A DNA stretch of 64,000 nt from Candidatus Latescibacterota bacterium (GCA_965223905.1 CBDCXV010000011.1:1824001-1888000), one strand, 5' to 3'; positions 22,225 to 32,165 are shown, counted from the stretch's first letter. Numbers and translations: made by a program. Notes: generated by a model from the sequence alone, not told the origin.

Positions 22225-22640
22225 GTCGTCTCGATTATCCCGGACGCTGCCGGAAGCCGCGGGGGTTCGGACGGATCGCAGTCCAACGCCACATGCTCGG
22301 CGTCTCCCCAAAGACGCTCCAGTTCGTAGTACTCCCGGGCCTGCGGAAGGAAAACGTGGACCACGATATCCACCAAGTCGATCAGCACCCAACGGCGGTG
22401 CTCCATCCCCTCGACATGCCAGGGCTTGTGGCCCGCCACTCTCAGGGACTCGACGAGAGCGGTGACGAGGGCCTTCACGTGGGGGTCCGAAGAAGCGCTG
22501 CAGATAACAAAGCAGTCGGCTGCATCGCTGACCGTCCTCAGGTCGAGAACCAGGATGTCCTCTGCCTTCTTCTCCTGCAGAATTCCGGCGATGAGCGACA
22601 GCCTTGGATCTTGTGACAGAGGGTCGGGGGGGCAGTCCAA
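22221..22640 (-). CDS. rsfS: Ribosome silencing factor
   Basis: KKAEDILVLDL, WVLIDLVDIVVHVF, REYYELERLWGDA. Confidence 0.95.
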   Translation of the reverse strand: MDCPPDPLSQDPRLSLIAGILQEKKAEDILVLDLRTVSDAADCFVICSASSDPHVKALVTALVESLRVAGHKPWHVEGMEHRRWVLIDLVDIVVHVFLPQAREYYELERLWGDAEHVALDCDPSEPPRLPAASGIIETT

Positions 22641-22669
22641 ACGCGAATCCAGCTGTTCGGTCCTTTGGT

Positions 22670-23113
22670 CTACTCCAGCAGTTGGAGCTTTCTGTAATCC
22701 TTGCCAACAATAATGCGGATATCCTCGAGGCGGTAGTCGTCCTCACTGATTTGCTGGATGTAGTTGGGGATTCCGAGCAAGGAGGCGACCTGCCGGGTCC
22801 TTTCGAGGTCTCCGTCGCGATCGATGACGATCGATTCGAGATAGCCGAAACTGTCGGCGTTACCCTCTTCGATTACGTCGAGGCCCAGTGACTGCGCCTT
22901 TTCCCTCATGCGGGCGGCGACGCCCGGATCTCCGCATCCGTTCAGGACCGAAACGCGAGTGAACAGTACCGGAGCCGGCGCGGCCTGGGCCGGTTCAGAG
23001 ACCGGCACGACCGGCTCTACATGTTCCTCGACCTGGAATCGCGGCCAGATGGAAGCCGCCAGAAGAAAGGCTCCCGCAAGGCTGCCCAAGAGCCACAATG
23101 CTTTGTCCCGCAC
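22670..23113 (-). CDS. LytR C-terminal domain-containing protein
   Basis: N-terminal TM, VLNGCGDPGVA, GNAD, IIVGKDY. Confidence 0.85.
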   Translation of the reverse strand: MRDKALWLLGSLAGAFLLAASIWPRFQVEEHVEPVVPVSEPAQAAPAPVLFTRVSVLNGCGDPGVAARMREKAQSLGLDVIEEGNADSFGYLESIVIDRDGDLERTRQVASLLGIPNYIQQISEDDYRLEDIRIIVGKDYRKLQLLE

Positions 23114-23252
23114 AGGATCAGGGGATCATAAACGATGCTTCGGGGATGGCTATAAATCAAGCGGAACTCGTCCATAAAGTCAAACAAAAAAAGATATTTA
23201 CGGACGATTCGGAGGAGCCGCCCCGGCCCCTTCGGAACGGGTGCTCGAAGGC

Positions 23253-23378
23253 TCAGGTGCCGAGAAGCCCCATGCCGATGCGGACAGCGAGATACAGCGA
23301 CGAGACCGCGGTCAGCGCTCGCGCGCAGCGATCGGCGATCAGGGCAGCCTTGCAAATTGTGTGGTCGATAGAGTGCAC
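23253..23378 (-). CDS. Putative leaderless 41-aa hydrophobic small protein
   Basis: MHSIDHTICKAALIADRCARALTAVSSLYLAVRIGMGLLGT*; the GTG coincides with the predicted +1 of a consensus-like promoter. Confidence 0.45.
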   Translation of the reverse strand: MHSIDHTICKAALIADRCARALTAVSSLYLAVRIGMGLLGT

Positions 23379-23384
23379 ATATGT

Positions 23385-23413
23385 ATCTTAGTGAACATGG
23401 TTTCAGGTGTCAA
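23385..23413 (-). promoter_or_regulatory. Sigma70-type promoter
   Basis: TTGACA-17 bp-TAAGAT in an AT-rich patch. Confidence 0.75.
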
Positions 23414-23647
23414 CTATTTTTACCGGAAACCAGAGCCGACAGATTTTTCGTAGGGAAGCAATCCGGGGATGCAGCAGGCAAAACCGGTCTGCGGCCTTGC
23501 CTCGACATGTCGAGGATAGCCGGCATCCCCTTTCCCCTAAACCGTGGCCGGGTCAGGGGATTTGAGCTATAACCCAAATGTCCTGCCCAGGGAAATGAGT
23601 TCCATGATTCGACCGCGGAGGCCAGGGTCAGACGGGATTTCCCGCAC

Positions 23648-26376
23648 CTAGAACAGCCCGGAGTACTTGATCGTCATGATGTAATCCTGGGTTCCTTTTC
23701 GTTTTGCCCGCGGCCTGGAATCGTAGATATCCCACCCGAACCCGAAGAGGAGCCGGTCCTTGTAGGCGGACAGGGCGATCCCGAAGGTGACGGCAATGGC
23801 GTTGTCCGTCGACAGGGCTTCCAGCACGTTCCCGATGGCGGTCAGGTGGATGCCGGACACGGACGGGTTGTCCGGGTTGTGCCATCCCGCGAAAGCGATT
23901 CCAGGCAGCCCGATAAGCCTTTCGGTCTCTCCCTCCACCTTTTTGCCGTCGGCCCCGGTGTAGTCGCGGCCCGGGCGGATCGTCAGGAAGGAGACCAGGG
24001 GCTTTGCTTCGAACTCCCACTTCCAGCCCCCCACCTCGAACACCTGCGATATGGCCTGGGGAGCGGCCCCGGGATGGCTGCGCGTCGTGATCTTGAGGCG
24101 GACCCGCTCCATTCCTTCTTCCTCCAGGCGCAGGTTGAGGGCATCGACCGGCACCAGGCTCTGGTCGTCGTCGTAGATGTTGACTTCGAGTCGTTTCCAA
24201 GAGCCTACCGGACCGTACCCCTCGTCCAGCTCGACCCACTCCACCTCCATCCGCCTACCGACGAGGGCGGCTTTCAGCGAGTCCGGTACGGCGAAAGCGA
24301 GACCGATGCGGGTACCGTCGACGACTACGACCGGGGTACCGGTCCAGGGTACCGGCAGGGACCGCGACCGCGATCTCCTCGAGGCCGTCACCGCGGACAC
24401 CTTCGTCATGTCGATCGCCCCCAGGGCTCCGTGGCCCTTCAGTTTGACGGGCTGGGCCTTGTCGCGCACGTCGTTGCTCACCAGCAGGATCTGGGCGAAA
24501 CGGTCGCCCAGGGATCGGGGGGAGAACGAAACCTGCAGCTTGGTCGACTCTCCCGGCTGCAGCGAGAAGGACGCCGGTTCCAGGGTAGCCTCGCGACTCA
24601 AGGTGCTGGCGGCGACCCGCAGGGCGGTGTCGCCGATGTTGGTGGCGACCAGGGCTCGCGTCCCGGTCTCCCCCAGGACGACGTAGCCGAAGTCGAGGGG
24701 CCCGGAGGGGTGTAACTCGATCTCGGCGGCGATTCCGGTGCCGTTGAGGAGGACGTCGAAGGTCTCGCTCCCCTCCTCCCAGAAGCCTTCGAGGCGCAAG
24801 GTGCCGCTGCGCGGTCCGCGAAGCGTCGGCGTAAAGGTGACCTTGAGGGGCAACGACCGCAGGCTGTTGGCGGGCAGTCCGTACTCGTCGTCGGCCGACA
24901 CCTGCGTGTACACGGTGAAATCGGGGCTGGTCGACAGCACCCGCGTAACTGTGAAATCGGCGTTGCCGACGTTGGTCAGGTCGATGACGGCATGGCTGGC
25001 CTCTCCGACCGGCACGCGCCCGAACTCCGCCGCGGTCGGGCTCAGCTCCAGGTAGCGCCCCGTCCCGGTCAGCGGCAGCACCGTCCGCCCTTTTTCGGTC
25101 CCGATCTCGAGCAGGGCCTCGCGAAGACCCGTCGCCTGCGGGCTGAAGCTGAGACCGACGCTGGCGCTTTCACCCGGCTGCAGCAGGTACGAGCTGCTCT
25201 CGACCCCGAACTCCTCCCCTTCCCCTTTCACCTCTACGGGGACCCTGAAAGCGCTGCCGCCGCGGTTCCAGATCAGCAGCGGCTGTCCCGAGGTCTTGCC
25301 GATGGGGGCGCTGCCCATATCGATCGCCCCGTCCCCCACCACGACGATTTCCGGGGGGCCGACGAAGGCGGTGCCCTTCAGGGGGAGCGAAATCCGGGGG
25401 CGTTCCGGGTCGCTGGTTGCCAGGGACAGGGTTCCCGTGGACACCCCCGGAAAGGCGGGGTGAAAGGCGACCTCGAAATCGCCGCGTCCTCCCGGTTCCA
25501 GGATCAGGGTGTCATTGGCCGCAGAAAGAGAGAAGCTCTCTCCCGACAGGGCGGGACCCGAGACCTCGAGGGGGCGCGGCCATGGTTGAGAACGGTGACC
25601 GCGGCGCTGCTCCGCCGGCCGGTCTCGAGACGGCCGAAATCGAGGCCGACTTCCGGCAGGGGGGAAACCGCGGCGGCCGCGGCCAACCCCTCTCCACCTA
25701 CCGCCACCTCCACCCTGGCCGGGACCATTTCAGGGGACTCGATGACCAGTCGATCGACCACGAGGCCGTCCGCGGGCGGGGTGAATACGAGCGTCACCTC
25801 GACGGATGCACCAGGCTCCAGGGAGCGCTGGTCCGGGGGGAGGACAGCGAACGACCCCGTGCGGCCGGCGAGATAGATACTGTCGATCTGCAGCGGCACC
25901 TGACCGCTGTTGCTCAGCAGGAGAGTGCGCTTCGCCGACGCACCCACGGCGACGGAGTCGAACTCGATCTCCAGGGGATCGAGAACCAGCCCGGGGCGCG
26001 CAGCGGTCGCGGTGACCGGTACCGCGAGTCCCTCGGAACCGAACAGCTGTTCCACCTCGACGGAGATCTCGGACCGGTAGACCCCCGGCTTCCCTGCCGC
26101 GAAGGCGATCGCGATCTCCCGCTCGCTCCCCTTCTCGATGGTGAGGGACTCCACCGGCATGGAGAACGGCTCCCCTGCGGAAAGCCGTACCTCGACAGCC
26201 TCCGCGGTATTGTTGACCAGGGTGATCTTCGATTCGACGCGGAGTCCGACCGGGACGGTTCCGAGATCGATGCTCCTGGGTCGCACGGAAACCTGTTCGG
26301 CACCGACGCTCGCGGTGAGCGCGAGCAAGGTCGCGACGAATCGGGTACTGCGATGGAGTGAGGGGGCCGGACCCAT
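23648..26376 (-). pseudogene. Secreted/outer-membrane protein with six ASH/choice-of-anchor-D Ig-like repeats, split by a 1-nt frameshift (or sequencing error)
   Basis: Track ORFs 25504..26376 and 23648..25444 join into ~909 aa if one base is added at the G5 run 25570-25574 (NHGRAP|LEVSGPAL). Repeated (L/I)DFG.V..G...N.G...L motifs; C-terminal aromatic beta-strands ending in F. Confidence 0.75.
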
Positions 26377-26391
26377 ATCGGCTAGCGGTCA

Positions 26392-26512
26392 CGAAAAAAG
26401 AGCGACCAACTCACCAGAATGCCGGAAGAAACTTTGTCGAAGTTCCACGTTCAGGAGGAAGTGGAAAACTTCCGCAGGGGCAGTCTTTCGTGAATTCAGG
26501 TCGCTCTCGTGC
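26392..26512 (-). ncRNA. Candidate structured sRNA or attenuator leader with a UUCCUCCU loop
   Basis: Promoter upstream, 9-bp closing stem AGAGCGACC/GGTCGCTCT, inner hairpin TTCCAC/GTGGAA, terminal U run. Confidence 0.5.
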
Positions 26513-26517
26513 CGGCA

Positions 26518-26545
26518 AAGATAAAATCGCCAATGCAAGTGTCAA
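26518..26545 (-). promoter_or_regulatory. Sigma70-type promoter
   Basis: TTGACA-16 bp-TATCTT. Confidence 0.55.
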
Positions 26546-26664
26546 GAAACCGGCACCATCCCGCCGCCCTCCATTGGCGGGCAAGTAGTGGGTGAATGAA
26601 GCCCCGGGACCGACTGCAGAGCGGGTGGTGCGAAAACGACGGCCTTCCGCCGGCGCCCCTTCCC

Positions 26665-27867
26665 CTAGGCGATCAGCTTGCGCAGACCCCTCACAAGGCG
26701 ATCCATCCCTTCGGCCACGGTGTCGGGCTCGAGGGCCCCGTAGGCGACGCGAAGGTAGCAGCCATCCGTCATCCCGAACCCTGATCCGGGGATGGCGGCG
26801 ACCTTGAACTCCCTCACCAGGCGCTCGACAACCGCCATCGAATCGAGGTCGCAATGCAGTCGAACGAGCAGGTAGAAGGCGCCGTTCGACTCCGGCACTG
26901 TGCACAGATCATCCACTTCGGCGAGCCGCTCCAGACAGAGCCGCCGCACCTGGGAGAGCTTCTCGACGTGGTGGCGGCAGTACTCGAGCCCCGCATCGAG
27001 GGCTCCCGCAGCCGCGGCCTGGGAAACCACCGGGGGGCAGATCAGGATCGTGTCCTGGCTCTTCTCGAGGGCTCGCAGCAGGTGGCGAGGGGTCACCATA
27101 TAGCCGACACGCCAGCTGGCAAGGCTGTACGACTTCGAGAAGGAAAACAGCGAGATCGTGTGCGCCTCGGTGTCGGGCTGAGAGCCCACCGAGAAGTGCT
27201 TTGCCCCGTCGTAGGTGAAGTACTCGTAGGCCTCGTCGCTGAAGTGATAGAGTCCGTGCCTCCTGCACAGCTCGTTGACCCTCTGCAGGACCTCACGCGG
27301 GTAGACGACTCCCGCGGGGTTGTTGGGAGAGATGGTTACGACGGCGCGGGTGCGCGTGGACAGACAGGCCTCGACAACGGCGGGGTCGAGCTGGTAGTCC
27401 GATCCCGTAGGCGCCAGGACCGGCCGGCAGTTAGCCATGGTTATCGCCATCTCGTGGTTGAAATAGAACGGCGACGCGATCACGACCTCGTCACCGGGGT
27501 CGCAGACAGACAGCAAAGCGTGATAGAAGGCCATATTGCTGCCGGCCGTGACCACGAGGGCCTGCCCGTCGCCGACGACGATCCCGTTTTCGCGACGAAG
27601 CTTGGCGACCAGCTTCTCGCGTAGCGGTGGGATCCCCGACGCCGCCTGGTAGTGATGGTGTTCGATTTCTCCGCCGAAACGGGAGACCGCCTCCAACGCC
27701 TGCGGCGGCGGCCGGTAGTGGACGACTCCCTGTCCGAGCGAGATGGTGCCGGGGTTGGCCCGGATCAACACCGCGACGTCGGGAATGACCGGACTGAGCA
27801 CCCCGGCCATGCGCCGCGACTGCTCCATGGCGCACCGCGAAGGCCCGATGTCCCCTGCGCCTCTCAC
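26665..27867 (-). CDS. PLP-dependent aminotransferase class I/II
   Basis: ISLGQG, SPNNPAG, SDEAYE, SFSKSYSLASWRVG. Start is at 27867 or 27828. Confidence 0.92.
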   Translation of the reverse strand: MRGAGDIGPSRCAMEQSRRMAGVLSPVIPDVAVLIRANPGTISLGQGVVHYRPPPQALEAVSRFGGEIEHHHYQAASGIPPLREKLVAKLRRENGIVVGDGQALVVTAGSNMAFYHALLSVCDPGDEVVIASPFYFNHEMAITMANCRPVLAPTGSDYQLDPAVVEACLSTRTRAVVTISPNNPAGVVYPREVLQRVNELCRRHGLYHFSDEAYEYFTYDGAKHFSVGSQPDTEAHTISLFSFSKSYSLASWRVGYMVTPRHLLRALEKSQDTILICPPVVSQAAAAGALDAGLEYCRHHVEKLSQVRRLCLERLAEVDDLCTVPESNGAFYLLVRLHCDLDSMAVVERLVREFKVAAIPGSGFGMTDGCYLRVAYGALEPDTVAEGMDRLVRGLRKLIA

Positions 27868-28775
27868 TGATCGAGAACCTGCTGCAGCAGGTCGTACAGG
27901 CGATCGAGCTCCGCCCTGGTGACATCGTCGAGCTCGAATGAGAGGGGGCCGCGGTGATGCTGCCGGGAGAACAGACCCTGGCGATGGAGCATATGGCGCC
28001 CGGCGGTGATGAACCCGTCGAGCCCGCCCTGCAGCTGCGGGGTCGCGAGCGCGCAGATGGGAAACCAGAGGTCGTAGATCCTCTCCTCCTCCCCCGACTC
28101 CAGGACCTGCCAGAGCGCCACCAGCCCGGCGAGCATTTCCACTCCCGGTATGGTCCCGGTCACGCCGCGGCGATGCGAGTCGATCAGGAGCACCCCTCCG
28201 CTCCCCTCGAAGATGCCGGCGCGCCCGGCGGTGCTCGCGCGCAACGCAGAGATCGCCGGGCCGAGCGGGGTCGCCTCCGGTTTGAAGAGGATGCGGTCCC
28301 CGTACTGATGAAACAGGTCGGCCTGGAACTGCACGCTCATCGGACTTCCGACGTACGAACTGGCGTCCTGGACGAACATGGGAATTTCAACGGCCTCGAG
28401 AATCGCCTCGAAGTAGGCGCGCAGCTCGGCCGGCGGCAGGGCGCGCGAGACCGGCGGCAGCGCCATCGTTGCCGCGGCCCCTCCCTGTTCGGCGGCACAC
28501 GCGTATGAAACCGCCTGGCGTGTGCTCTCGGCGCCGACGTTGACGATGACCGGACCCCTTCCCGCGGCGAACTTCACCAGTTCCCCCGGGAGCCGGAGAC
28601 GCTCTTCCCCGGCAAGGCGCAGCAGGTCGGAAACCAGGGCGAGACATAGGCCGTCAGCGCCGAGAGCGAAGATGTGGTCGACCTCCCTTTGCAGGGATGC
28701 GTAGTCGATCGAGAGGTCGGGGTGGTAAGGCATGCTGACGACCGGCAGGACGCCGCCGAACCGTTGCCCGGTCAC
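27864..28775 (-). CDS. Dihydrodipicolinate synthase family protein (aldolase/dehydratase-like)
   Basis: GVLPVVSMPY..D..IDY, ILFKPEA (Schiff-base Lys); GTGA overlaps at both ends. Confidence 0.85.
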   Translation of the reverse strand: MTGQRFGGVLPVVSMPYHPDLSIDYASLQREVDHIFALGADGLCLALVSDLLRLAGEERLRLPGELVKFAAGRGPVIVNVGAESTRQAVSYACAAEQGGAAATMALPPVSRALPPAELRAYFEAILEAVEIPMFVQDASSYVGSPMSVQFQADLFHQYGDRILFKPEATPLGPAISALRASTAGRAGIFEGSGGVLLIDSHRRGVTGTIPGVEMLAGLVALWQVLESGEEERIYDLWFPICALATPQLQGGLDGFITAGRHMLHRQGLFSRQHHRGPLSFELDDVTRAELDRLYDLLQQVLDQ

Positions 28776-29620
28776 GATCTTCTCCCGCCGGCTCGCACCG
28801 CCCCGAGCAGCAGCTGTTCTATGCCGGCGTTGGCGGCGGCCATGAACAGGGGGAACTTTCCCCGCCTCATGTAGGCCGGCACCCCGCCCCCCCTGACGAA
28901 GCAGCGCGCTCCCGCTTCCTCCGCTATCAACGAGGGGGGGCCTACGTCGTACACCTCGACCTGACGCGTGAGGTAGGCGCACAGCTCTCCCTCGGCAAGC
29001 AGGGTGAGAACCAGAGCGGCGCCGATCGGGTGCTCGCGCGGCTCCAGTGCGGGGCGCACCAGCTCCTGGTAATGGCGCGCCTTCGACGAGACGAAGGCCG
29101 CCTTCGTCCGTGGAATGCGCGGCAGCTTCAGCCGGCGAGGCCGGCGGTTTCCGGCCTGCACCCAGGCTCCGCGGCCGCGGATCGCCGTGAAGACCTTGCC
29201 CTCATCCGGACGGGCGACTACCGCCGCCTGCATCAGCCCGTTCCGGCACAGCCCGACGGACAGGTGATACGGTGCATCGCCGCGCTGAAAGTGCAAAGTA
29301 CCGTCGATCGGGTCTAGAATGAGGGCGTAATCGCTGCGATTGCCTCGGAAGCGGCGCTTCAAAACGGTGTTCTCCTCAGCTATGCAGCGAATCCCCGGGT
29401 AGCGCTGCAACACCACCGCCAGGATGATCTCCTGCAGAGCGCCGTCGAGCGCCGTGAGAACGCCCGACGCCTCCTGCGCCTTCGACCCGGTGAGGCTGGT
29501 GTCGGCCGCCTTTCCCAGATCGGCGACCCGGCCGTAGAAAATCAGCGACGCCTCGGCGCACTGGCGCACGACAGGCAGCAGGGTATCGACGAATTCCCGC
29601 GGATCGATCTGTCGGGACAT
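28772..29620 (-). CDS. Inositol monophosphatase family protein
   Basis: IAEE, ILDPIDGT, YDVGP..LIAEEAG. Confidence 0.85.
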   Translation of the reverse strand: MSRQIDPREFVDTLLPVVRQCAEASLIFYGRVADLGKAADTSLTGSKAQEASGVLTALDGALQEIILAVVLQRYPGIRCIAEENTVLKRRFRGNRSDYALILDPIDGTLHFQRGDAPYHLSVGLCRNGLMQAAVVARPDEGKVFTAIRGRGAWVQAGNRRPRRLKLPRIPRTKAAFVSSKARHYQELVRPALEPREHPIGAALVLTLLAEGELCAYLTRQVEVYDVGPPSLIAEEAGARCFVRGGGVPAYMRRGKFPLFMAAANAGIEQLLLGAVRAGGRRS

Positions 29621-29640
29621 GGGGTTTCCTGGAACGAAAC

Positions 29641-29669
29641 GGGCCCCGGGACGGAAACTCCCGGGGCCC
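29641..29669. terminator. GC-rich hairpin between xdh and IMPase
   Basis: 11-bp stem GGGCCCCGGGA/TCCCGGGGCCC; only a weak U tract on the minus strand. Confidence 0.4.
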
Positions 29670-29699
29670 CGATGAGGCAGGCTTTGCCGCGCGGGGCCG

Positions 29700-32012
29700 T
29701 CAGCCAGCGGCTTCCTGATACTGCTCCGAATGCCGCTGCAGGGCCGCCACGATCCGGTCCGGGCTCATCGGCAGTTCGCGGAGGCGGACGCCGACGGCGT
29801 TGTAGATGGCGTTGGCGATCGCGGCCATCGGAGGGACCAGGGGAACCTCGCCGACGCCGCGGATCCCGTGCGGGCTGGCGGGGTTGTTCACCTCCACCAG
29901 TATGCAGTCGACCATCGGCAAATCGAGGGTGGTCGGCATGCGGTAGTCGAGAAAGGTCGGATTCGCCATGGTGCCGTCCTCCCCGTAGAAATACCCCTCG
30001 GTCAAGGCCCAGCCGATCCCCTGAACGACGCCGCCCTGGATCTGCCCCTCTACATATGAGGGGTGGATGGCCTTGCCGACGTCCTGGGCCGCGGTGTAGC
30101 GGAGGATCCTGACCTTGCCGGTTTCGGGGTCGACCTCGACATCGACGGCGTGCGTCGCAAAGGCATTGCCCGGACCCGAAGCGTTGATCGCGCCGGTGCC
30201 CTCGATTGGGCCGCCAGTCGACCCCTGCTCGACGGCGACCTCGTTGAATTTCAGCTCCTTGCTCGAATCCGACCTGCAGACGAAACGGCCGTTGTCGAAT
30301 TCGACGTCGTCCTCCTCGACCTCGAGTTGGAGAGCGGCGCGCACACGCATCTTCTCCTTGACGTCCTCGGCGGCGAGATAACAGGCGTGGCCTGTGGCGT
30401 AACAGACGCGGCTGCCGCCCGTGCCGTCGGTGTAGCCGATCGAATCGGTGTCGACGACCATCGGGTTCACCTGGTCGGCGGAAAGACCGAGAGTCTCGGC
30501 TACGATCATCGCCATGGCGGCGCGCGTGCCGCCGATGTCGGCCGAGCCTTCCTGGAGGGTCACGGTGCCGTCCGTTGCCACGACGATGGTCGCGGCCGAC
30601 TGCCCTCCCCCGTTGAACCAGAAACCGGAGGCGACGCCGCGCCCCTGGTTTGGACCGCTCGGGGCCGGGCTCCGGTAGTGGTCGGAATCGACGACGGCGG
30701 CGACCGTCTCCTCGCAACCGATCTCGCTGTAGACGGTGCCGTCCGCCCGGCGGGTGCCCTTGAGGGCCGAGTTCCTGCGCCGCAGCTCCATTGGGTCCAT
30801 ACCGATCTTTTCGGCGAGCTCGTCGATTACGGTCTCCGACGCGAAAGCGGCGTTCGGAGCCCCCGGGGCGCGGTAGGCACTCGATTTGGGTTTGTTGACG
30901 ACGACGTCGTAGGCGTCGATGGTGACGTTCGGAATGTTGTACGGGGCGAGAATACACTGCGAACCGGCGCCGACGGCCGAGCCGGGGTAGGCGCCGGCTT
31001 CGTACACCATGTAGCAGTAGGCGGCGACGAGGCGGCCGTCATTGGTCACCCCCATCCTGATGCGCTGGAACGACCCTGGCGCCGGCCCGGTCGCCTCGAA
31101 AACCTCGCTCCGGCTCATCAGCATCTTCACCGGGTGGCCGGTCTTGTGCGACATCACCGCGGCCGCAGGTTCCATGTAGATCGGGAATTTGCCGCCGAAC
31201 CCGCCGCCGATTTCGCAGGGGATCACCTTGACCTTCGAGATCGGCAACTGCAGCACTTCGGCAAGCTGGGCGCGAATCTGGAACGGCCCCTGGGTGCTGA
31301 CCCAGACGGTGACCGAGCCGTCTTCCTTCCAGAAGACGGTCGTGTTGTGGGGCTCGATGTAACCCTGGTGAACGGTGGCGGTGTGGAACTCCCGCTCGAC
31401 GATCACGTCGGCCTCGGCAAAACCTTCCTCGAGGTCCCCCATCTTGTGCTGGTTGTAGCTGGCGGTATTGCTCTTCTTTCCCGAATCCTCCCCCAGGGAC
31501 TGGGTAGTGCGGTTTTCGTCGAGAAGGGGCGCCCCCTCTTCCATCGCTTCGCGCACGTCGACGACGGCCGGCAGGGGTTCGTACTCGACCTCGACCAGGG
31601 CCAGCGCCTCTTCGGCGATGTGCGGGCTCGTTGCCGCAACCGCGGCGACCGCATGGCCCTTGTAGAGCACCTTGTCCGATGCCAGGCTGTTCTGGGCGAT
31701 TTCGCGAATGTTGACGAGGGTCTCGCCTATGTCCGAAAGCTTGTCGACCGTCTCGACGAGATCGTCGGCGGTGGCGACGGCGCGAACCCCCTGGACCTCG
31801 AGGGCTCTGCTCGTGTCGATGGAAAGGATGCGCGCATGGGCGTGGGGGCTGCGAAGCACCTTTCCGTAGAGTGTATCGGGAAGCCTGACATCCGCTCCGT
31901 AGACCGCTCGGCCGGTCACCTTGTCGTGGCCGTCATGGCGGACCGGACGGGTGCCGATGACCTTGTACTTGCCGTCGCTGGTGTAGTCGGGATAGTGTGG
32001 TTTCGTTGCCAT
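29700..32012 (-). CDS. Xanthine dehydrogenase family molybdopterin-binding (large) subunit
   Basis: KVTGRAVY, RSPHAHARI, GGGFGGK, AYRAPG, EGQIQGG, GVGEVP. Confidence 0.92.
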   Translation of the reverse strand: MATKPHYPDYTSDGKYKVIGTRPVRHDGHDKVTGRAVYGADVRLPDTLYGKVLRSPHAHARILSIDTSRALEVQGVRAVATADDLVETVDKLSDIGETLVNIREIAQNSLASDKVLYKGHAVAAVAATSPHIAEEALALVEVEYEPLPAVVDVREAMEEGAPLLDENRTTQSLGEDSGKKSNTASYNQHKMGDLEEGFAEADVIVEREFHTATVHQGYIEPHNTTVFWKEDGSVTVWVSTQGPFQIRAQLAEVLQLPISKVKVIPCEIGGGFGGKFPIYMEPAAAVMSHKTGHPVKMLMSRSEVFEATGPAPGSFQRIRMGVTNDGRLVAAYCYMVYEAGAYPGSAVGAGSQCILAPYNIPNVTIDAYDVVVNKPKSSAYRAPGAPNAAFASETVIDELAEKIGMDPMELRRRNSALKGTRRADGTVYSEIGCEETVAAVVDSDHYRSPAPSGPNQGRGVASGFWFNGGGQSAATIVVATDGTVTLQEGSADIGGTRAAMAMIVAETLGLSADQVNPMVVDTDSIGYTDGTGGSRVCYATGHACYLAAEDVKEKMRVRAALQLEVEEDDVEFDNGRFVCRSDSSKELKFNEVAVEQGSTGGPIEGTGAINASGPGNAFATHAVDVEVDPETGKVRILRYTAAQDVGKAIHPSYVEGQIQGGVVQGIGWALTEGYFYGEDGTMANPTFLDYRMPTTLDLPMVDCILVEVNNPASPHGIRGVGEVPLVPPMAAIANAIYNAVGVRLRELPMSPDRIVAALQRHSEQYQEAAG

Positions 32013-32052
32013 GTCGTTCTCTTTCTCGTCAATGGGTCGATGGCTGGTTTAT

Positions 32053-32137
32053 TGGTGCGGAAGCGGGGATTCGAACCCCGACGCCCGAAGGCACTGCCCC
32101 CTCAAGACAGCGTGTCTACCAATTCCACCACTTCCGC
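32053..32137 (-). tRNA. tRNA-Leu(GAG)
   Basis: Cloverleaf with long variable arm, anticodon loop TT-GAG-GG, CCA end; typical position after secG. Confidence 0.96.
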
Positions 32138-32165
32138 ACGATTCCGAAATCCCCCGGGGGATTCG

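Noticed and set aside
23474-23502. c-di-GMP-I riboswitch-like GGCAAAACC
   Set aside because: Lacks the GNRA tetraloop and the second conserved stem.
26626-26642. Possible attR copy of the tRNA-Leu 3' end (TGGTGCG.AA.CG)
   Set aside because: Only about 12/17 identity and no integrase; too weak to call an island.
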